DNA of 32,000 nt. Source: Vibrio alginolyticus NBRC 15630 = ATCC 17749. Its GTDB lineage: Bacteria > Pseudomonadota > Gammaproteobacteria > Enterobacterales > Vibrionaceae. The stretch is taken from contig NC_022349.1 in NCBI RefSeq assembly GCF_000354175.2, positions 2,970,001 through 3,002,000 of the forward strand, read 5' to 3'. The translations under genes and the position numbers were made by a program. Numbering within the stretch: the first letter of the stretch is position 1; each line of letters opens with the position of its first letter. The notes under the pieces are model-generated. The model did no database searches and was not told the origin of the DNA. It saw nothing but the letters and a program-made list of their open reading frames with translations. Shown here one piece after another: positions 28,782 to 32,000 of the stretch.

Positions 28782-28808
28782 GAGGCGAGTACACTCGCCT
28801 CGGTTTTA
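28782..28808 (+). other. Hairpin between guaB and guaA (possible partial terminator or mRNA stabiliser)
   Basis: gaggcgag (28782-28789), loop taca, ctcgcctc (28794-28801), followed by ggTTTTa. Confidence 0.45.
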
Positions 28809-28837
28809 ATCACTTAGCCTTAAAAAGACTGCTCAAA

Positions 28838-30391
28838 ATGACTAAAAATATCCATGACCAACGTATTCTGATCTTGGACTTCGGTTCTCAGTACACTCAA
28901 TTAGTAGCACGCCGCGTACGTGAAATCGGCGTTTACTGTGAACTATGGAGCTGGGATGTAGAAGAAGCGGATATTCGCGAATTCAACCCAGATGGCATTA
29001 TCCTATCTGGCGGTCCAGAAAGCGTAACGGAAGAGAACTCTCCACGCGCGCCTCAATATGTGTTTGATTCTGGTGTTCCTTTGCTTGGCGTATGTTACGG
29101 CATGCAAACCATGGCGGAACAGCTAGGAGGCAAAGTAGCGGGCTCTAACGAACGTGAGTTTGGCTACGCTCAGGTTAAAGTTTCTGGTGAATGTGCTCTA
29201 TTTAAAGACCTTGAAGCAACTCAAGACGTTTGGATGAGCCATGGCGACAAAGTAGTAGAGATCCCAGCCGATTTCGTAAAAGTTGGTGAGACAGACACTT
29301 GTCCTTACGCTGCGATGGCGAATGAAGAGAAGAAATACTACGGTGTTCAGTTCCACCCAGAAGTGACACACACAAAAGGTGGCCTACAAATGCTTGAGAA
29401 CTTTGTTCTTGGCGTATGTGGCTGTGAGCGTTTATGGACATCGGAATCTATCATCGAAGATGCGGTTGCTCGTATTAAAGAGCAAGTGGGTGACGACGAA
29501 GTTATCCTAGGTCTATCTGGTGGTGTTGATTCATCGGTAGTTGCGATGCTGGTTCACCGCGCAATCGGCGACAAGCTAACGTGTGTATTTGTTGATAACG
29601 GTCTACTTCGTCTAAACGAAGGTCAACAAGTTATGGATATGTTCGGCGACCAATTTGGTTTGAACATTATCAAAGTTGACGCTGAAGAACGCTTCCTCAA
29701 AGCACTTGAAGGCAAGTCTGACCCAGAAGAGAAGCGTAAGACTATCGGTCACGTATTCGTAGATGTATTCGATGAAGAGTCTAAGAAGCTGAAAAACGCG
29801 AAATGGCTAGCTCAAGGTACGATTTACCCTGATGTAATCGAGTCAGCTGCATCTAAGACTGGTAAAGCGCACGTGATCAAATCGCACCACAACGTGGGCG
29901 GTCTTCCAGATGACATGGAAATGGGTCTTGTTGAGCCACTACGTGAGCTGTTCAAAGATGAAGTTCGTAAGATTGGTCTAGAATTAGGCCTGCCTTACAA
30001 CATGCTTTACCGCCACCCATTCCCAGGTCCTGGTCTAGGTGTTCGTGTTCTTGGTGAAATCAAGAAAGAGTACTGTGACTTGCTACGCCGTGCTGATGCT
30101 ATCTTTATTGAAGAGCTTCACGCTGCAGACCTATATGACAAAGTATCTCAAGCGTTCACGGTATTCCTACCAGTACGTTCTGTTGGTGTAATGGGCGATG
30201 GCCGTAAATACGACTGGGTTGTATCACTGCGTGCAGTAGAAACCATCGACTTTATGACGGCACACTGGGCGCACCTACCATACGACTTCCTAGGTAAGGT
30301 ATCTAACCGTATTATCAACGAAGTTGATGGCATTTCTCGTGTTGTTTACGACATTTCTGGTAAGCCACCAGCGACTATCGAGTGGGAATGA
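28838..30391 (+). CDS. guaA: GMP synthase (glutamine-hydrolysing)
   Basis: 517 aa. [20 protein letters not shown], GATase nucleophile in GVCYGMQ, PP-loop SGGVDSS, C-terminus [10 protein letters not shown]. Colinear with recalled E. coli GuaA. Confidence 0.98.
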   Translation: MTKNIHDQRILILDFGSQYTQLVARRVREIGVYCELWSWDVEEADIREFNPDGIILSGGPESVTEENSPRAPQYVFDSGVPLLGVCYGMQTMAEQLGGKVAGSNEREFGYAQVKVSGECALFKDLEATQDVWMSHGDKVVEIPADFVKVGETDTCPYAAMANEEKKYYGVQFHPEVTHTKGGLQMLENFVLGVCGCERLWTSESIIEDAVARIKEQVGDDEVILGLSGGVDSSVVAMLVHRAIGDKLTCVFVDNGLLRLNEGQQVMDMFGDQFGLNIIKVDAEERFLKALEGKSDPEEKRKTIGHVFVDVFDEESKKLKNAKWLAQGTIYPDVIESAASKTGKAHVIKSHHNVGGLPDDMEMGLVEPLRELFKDEVRKIGLELGLPYNMLYRHPFPGPGLGVRVLGEIKKEYCDLLRRADAIFIEELHAADLYDKVSQAFTVFLPVRSVGVMGDGRKYDWVVSLRAVETIDFMTAHWAHLPYDFLGKVSNRIINEVDGISRVVYDISGKPPATIEWE

Positions 30392-30420
30392 TTTTCCTCT
30401 AGACAGTTGAGTTTATAAGA

Positions 30421-30445
30421 ACCAGCCTTCGGGCTGGTTTTTTTG
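30421..30445 (+). terminator. Rho-independent terminator of guaBA
   Basis: accagcc (30421-30427), loop ttcg, ggctggt (30432-30438), followed by T7. Confidence 0.85.
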
Positions 30446-30556
30446 TACTTCAAGTTTGTGAAGAGGTGGCTCAACTTTTTTGTGAGAGATATATACATGC
30501 GGTTAAATTAAATATATATTCATTTTAATTGTTTAATTATCATAAATGGTATTGCT

Positions 30557-32000
30557 ATGGAACAGGCTGACGTTACCTCTCTCATTCCCATCCTTATTAC
30601 TCTTTTCCTCGCGCTGACCACAAGAAATGTCGTTGTTGGTTTATTCGCGGGTGTGGTGAGTGGTGTCGCTATGCTCGAAGGGACATTTGTCGAAAAAGGG
30701 CCACTAGACTCGTTTAGTGCACTGATGAAAAGCTATCTACTGCCGCAATTAACTGACAGCTACAATGCGGGCGTCATTTTGCTCTTGGTCTTTATTGGTG
30801 GCTTTGTTGCCTTGATGGAGAAATCTGGCGGTGGTGTGGCGTTTGCTAAAAAGGTTACTCAATGGGTTGCGAGTAAATGCCAAGCTCAACTGTCCGCATG
30901 GTTCGGTGGTGTGGTTATTTTCTTCTCAGACCTTGGTACACCACTGATTGTTGGCCCTGTTTTTCGCCCTTTATTTGATAAGTTAAAAGTATCACGCCAA
31001 AAATTAGCTTTTATTATCGACTCTACTTCCTCTCCCGTCGCAATCTTGATCCCTTTTATCGGATGGGGCGTTTACATCATGGGATTGATTCAAAAAGAGT
31101 TTACTGCCCTGAATGTCAGTATGAGTGATTGGGATGCTTTCATTGGTGCGATCCCGTATCAGTTTTACGCCTTTCTTGCGATCGCGATTGTGCCGATTGT
31201 CTCTTTCTTCAAATTAGATTTCGGACCGATGGCGAAGGCTGAACAACTAGCAGAGCAGGGCTCCGACTTTGGGAAAGTGCAGGAGTCCATGAATGTGTTT
31301 ACGCATAAAAATGCAAAATCTAGTTTTGTATGGGCACCTTTGCTCGTTATGCTGGTGGTTCTATGTACCATCCTCGTGCCACACGGTTTTCCATTTCAAA
31401 AAGTGGCAGGATCAACGTTTAGAGCTGCACTTTCTTCTGCATATTTCTTTGCGGCCTTCACTTTAATTGCGCTGATGGCGTTTTATGGCGTAAGAAAGCT
31501 TTCGGATGGTATTCAGGTTTATCTGAAAGGGATGTCAAACATGATGTCAGTGGCGGTGATTCTGGTATTGGCTTGGGCGCTTAGCTCGGTTGGGAAAGAA
31601 TTAGGTGCAGCTGCATACATTGCTGAACAAGCTCAAGCCGGTTTCCCTTACTGGTTATTGCCAGCGGTTGCGTTTTTACTGGCCGGTATTATCTCGTTCG
31701 CTACGGGATCATCTTGGGGGACGTTTGCCATCATGATGCCATTAGTGATCCCAACTGCCGTCGCGATTGATGCACCACTGTTGGTTTGTATTGGTGCGGT
31801 ATTATCTGGTGGCTTGTTTGGCGATCACTGTTCTCCCATCTCTGAAACTACGATTTTGTCGTCGACAGGAGCGGGGTGTGAACAGTATGAGCACTTCCGT
31901 ACACAATTACCTTACGCATTACTCAATGGAATGATCGCATTGGGGTGTTTTCTTTTAGCTGGAATCAACGCCTCACCAGTGATTGTGCTTGCCGCAATTA
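30557..32000 (+). CDS. Na+/H+ antiporter NhaC-family membrane transporter, 5' portion (open at window end)
   Basis: Absent from the ORF track because it has no stop inside the window. My hand translation from ATG 30557 (in-frame TAA at 30509-30511 upstream) is open to base 32000. It reads MEQADVTSLIPILITLFLALTTRNVVVGLFAGVVSG...SSWGTFAIMMPLVIP...GGLFGDHCSPISETTILSS..., a polytopic protein. The GDHCSPISxTTILSS motif is one I associate with NhaC-type (PF03553) carriers. Confidence 0.7.
   Translation, partial: MEQADVTSLIPILITLFLALTTRNVVVGLFAGVVSGVAMLEGTFVEKGPLDSFSALMKSYLLPQLTDSYNAGVILLLVFIGGFVALMEKSGGGVAFAKKVTQWVASKCQAQLSAWFGGVVIFFSDLGTPLIVGPVFRPLFDKLKVSRQKLAFIIDSTSSPVAILIPFIGWGVYIMGLIQKEFTALNVSMSDWDAFIGAIPYQFYAFLAIAIVPIVSFFKLDFGPMAKAEQLAEQGSDFGKVQESMNVFTHKNAKSSFVWAPLLVMLVVLCTILVPHGFPFQKVAGSTFRAALSSAYFFAAFTLIALMAFYGVRKLSDGIQVYLKGMSNMMSVAVILVLAWALSSVGKELGAAAYIAEQAQAGFPYWLLPAVAFLLAGIISFATGSSWGTFAIMMPLVIPTAVAIDAPLLVCIGAVLSGGLFGDHCSPISETTILSSTGAGCEQYEHFRTQLPYALLNGMIALGCFLLAGINASPVIVLAAI

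Overview
The window reads as a highly conserved housekeeping stretch of a gammaproteobacterial chromosome, most likely Vibrionaceae/Vibrio chromosome 1. I base that on gene order, CGT/GGT-biased codon usage and mid-40s %GC by eye. Almost every long ORF aligns from memory with a named E. coli orthologue. The order is: queA (3' end), tgt, yajC, secD, secF | two unknown small genes | suhB (minus) | trmJ, iscR-iscS-iscU-iscA-hscB-hscA-fdx-iscX, pepB, ndk, rlmN, rodZ-ispG-hisS-yfgM-bamB-der | AlaX-like editing-domain protein | yfgJ | xseA (minus) | guaB-guaA | 5' part of an NhaC-family antiporter. I found no tRNA, rRNA, CRISPR array, transposase, integrase or recognisable defence system. Six ORF-track entries needed shorter 5' ends: suhB, iscR, rlmN, the AlaX-like gene, xseA and guaB. 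The only clearly accessory DNA is a ~1 kb AT-rich, rare-codon islet at 4834-5878 between secF and suhB. It carries a promoter-like element, a cytoplasmic beta-rich 138-aa protein and a translationally coupled Sec-signal protein of ~148-150 aa. Its own terminators flank it, and a perfect 12-bp inverted repeat brackets it. This islet is the best candidate for something undescribed, but its function cannot be read from the sequence. Secondary observations: an ORF-free 435-bp rlmN-rodZ spacer where I recall pilW/pilF sitting in relatives; a canonical terminator inside the longest ORF of the AlaX-like gene; a 50-bp double IscR box; the divergent xseA/guaB promoter architecture plus a perfect DnaA box inside guaB; a GATC-dense spacer upstream of yfgJ; and several intra-operon hairpins. 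All homology statements come from recalled sequences and motifs. No database search was possible.
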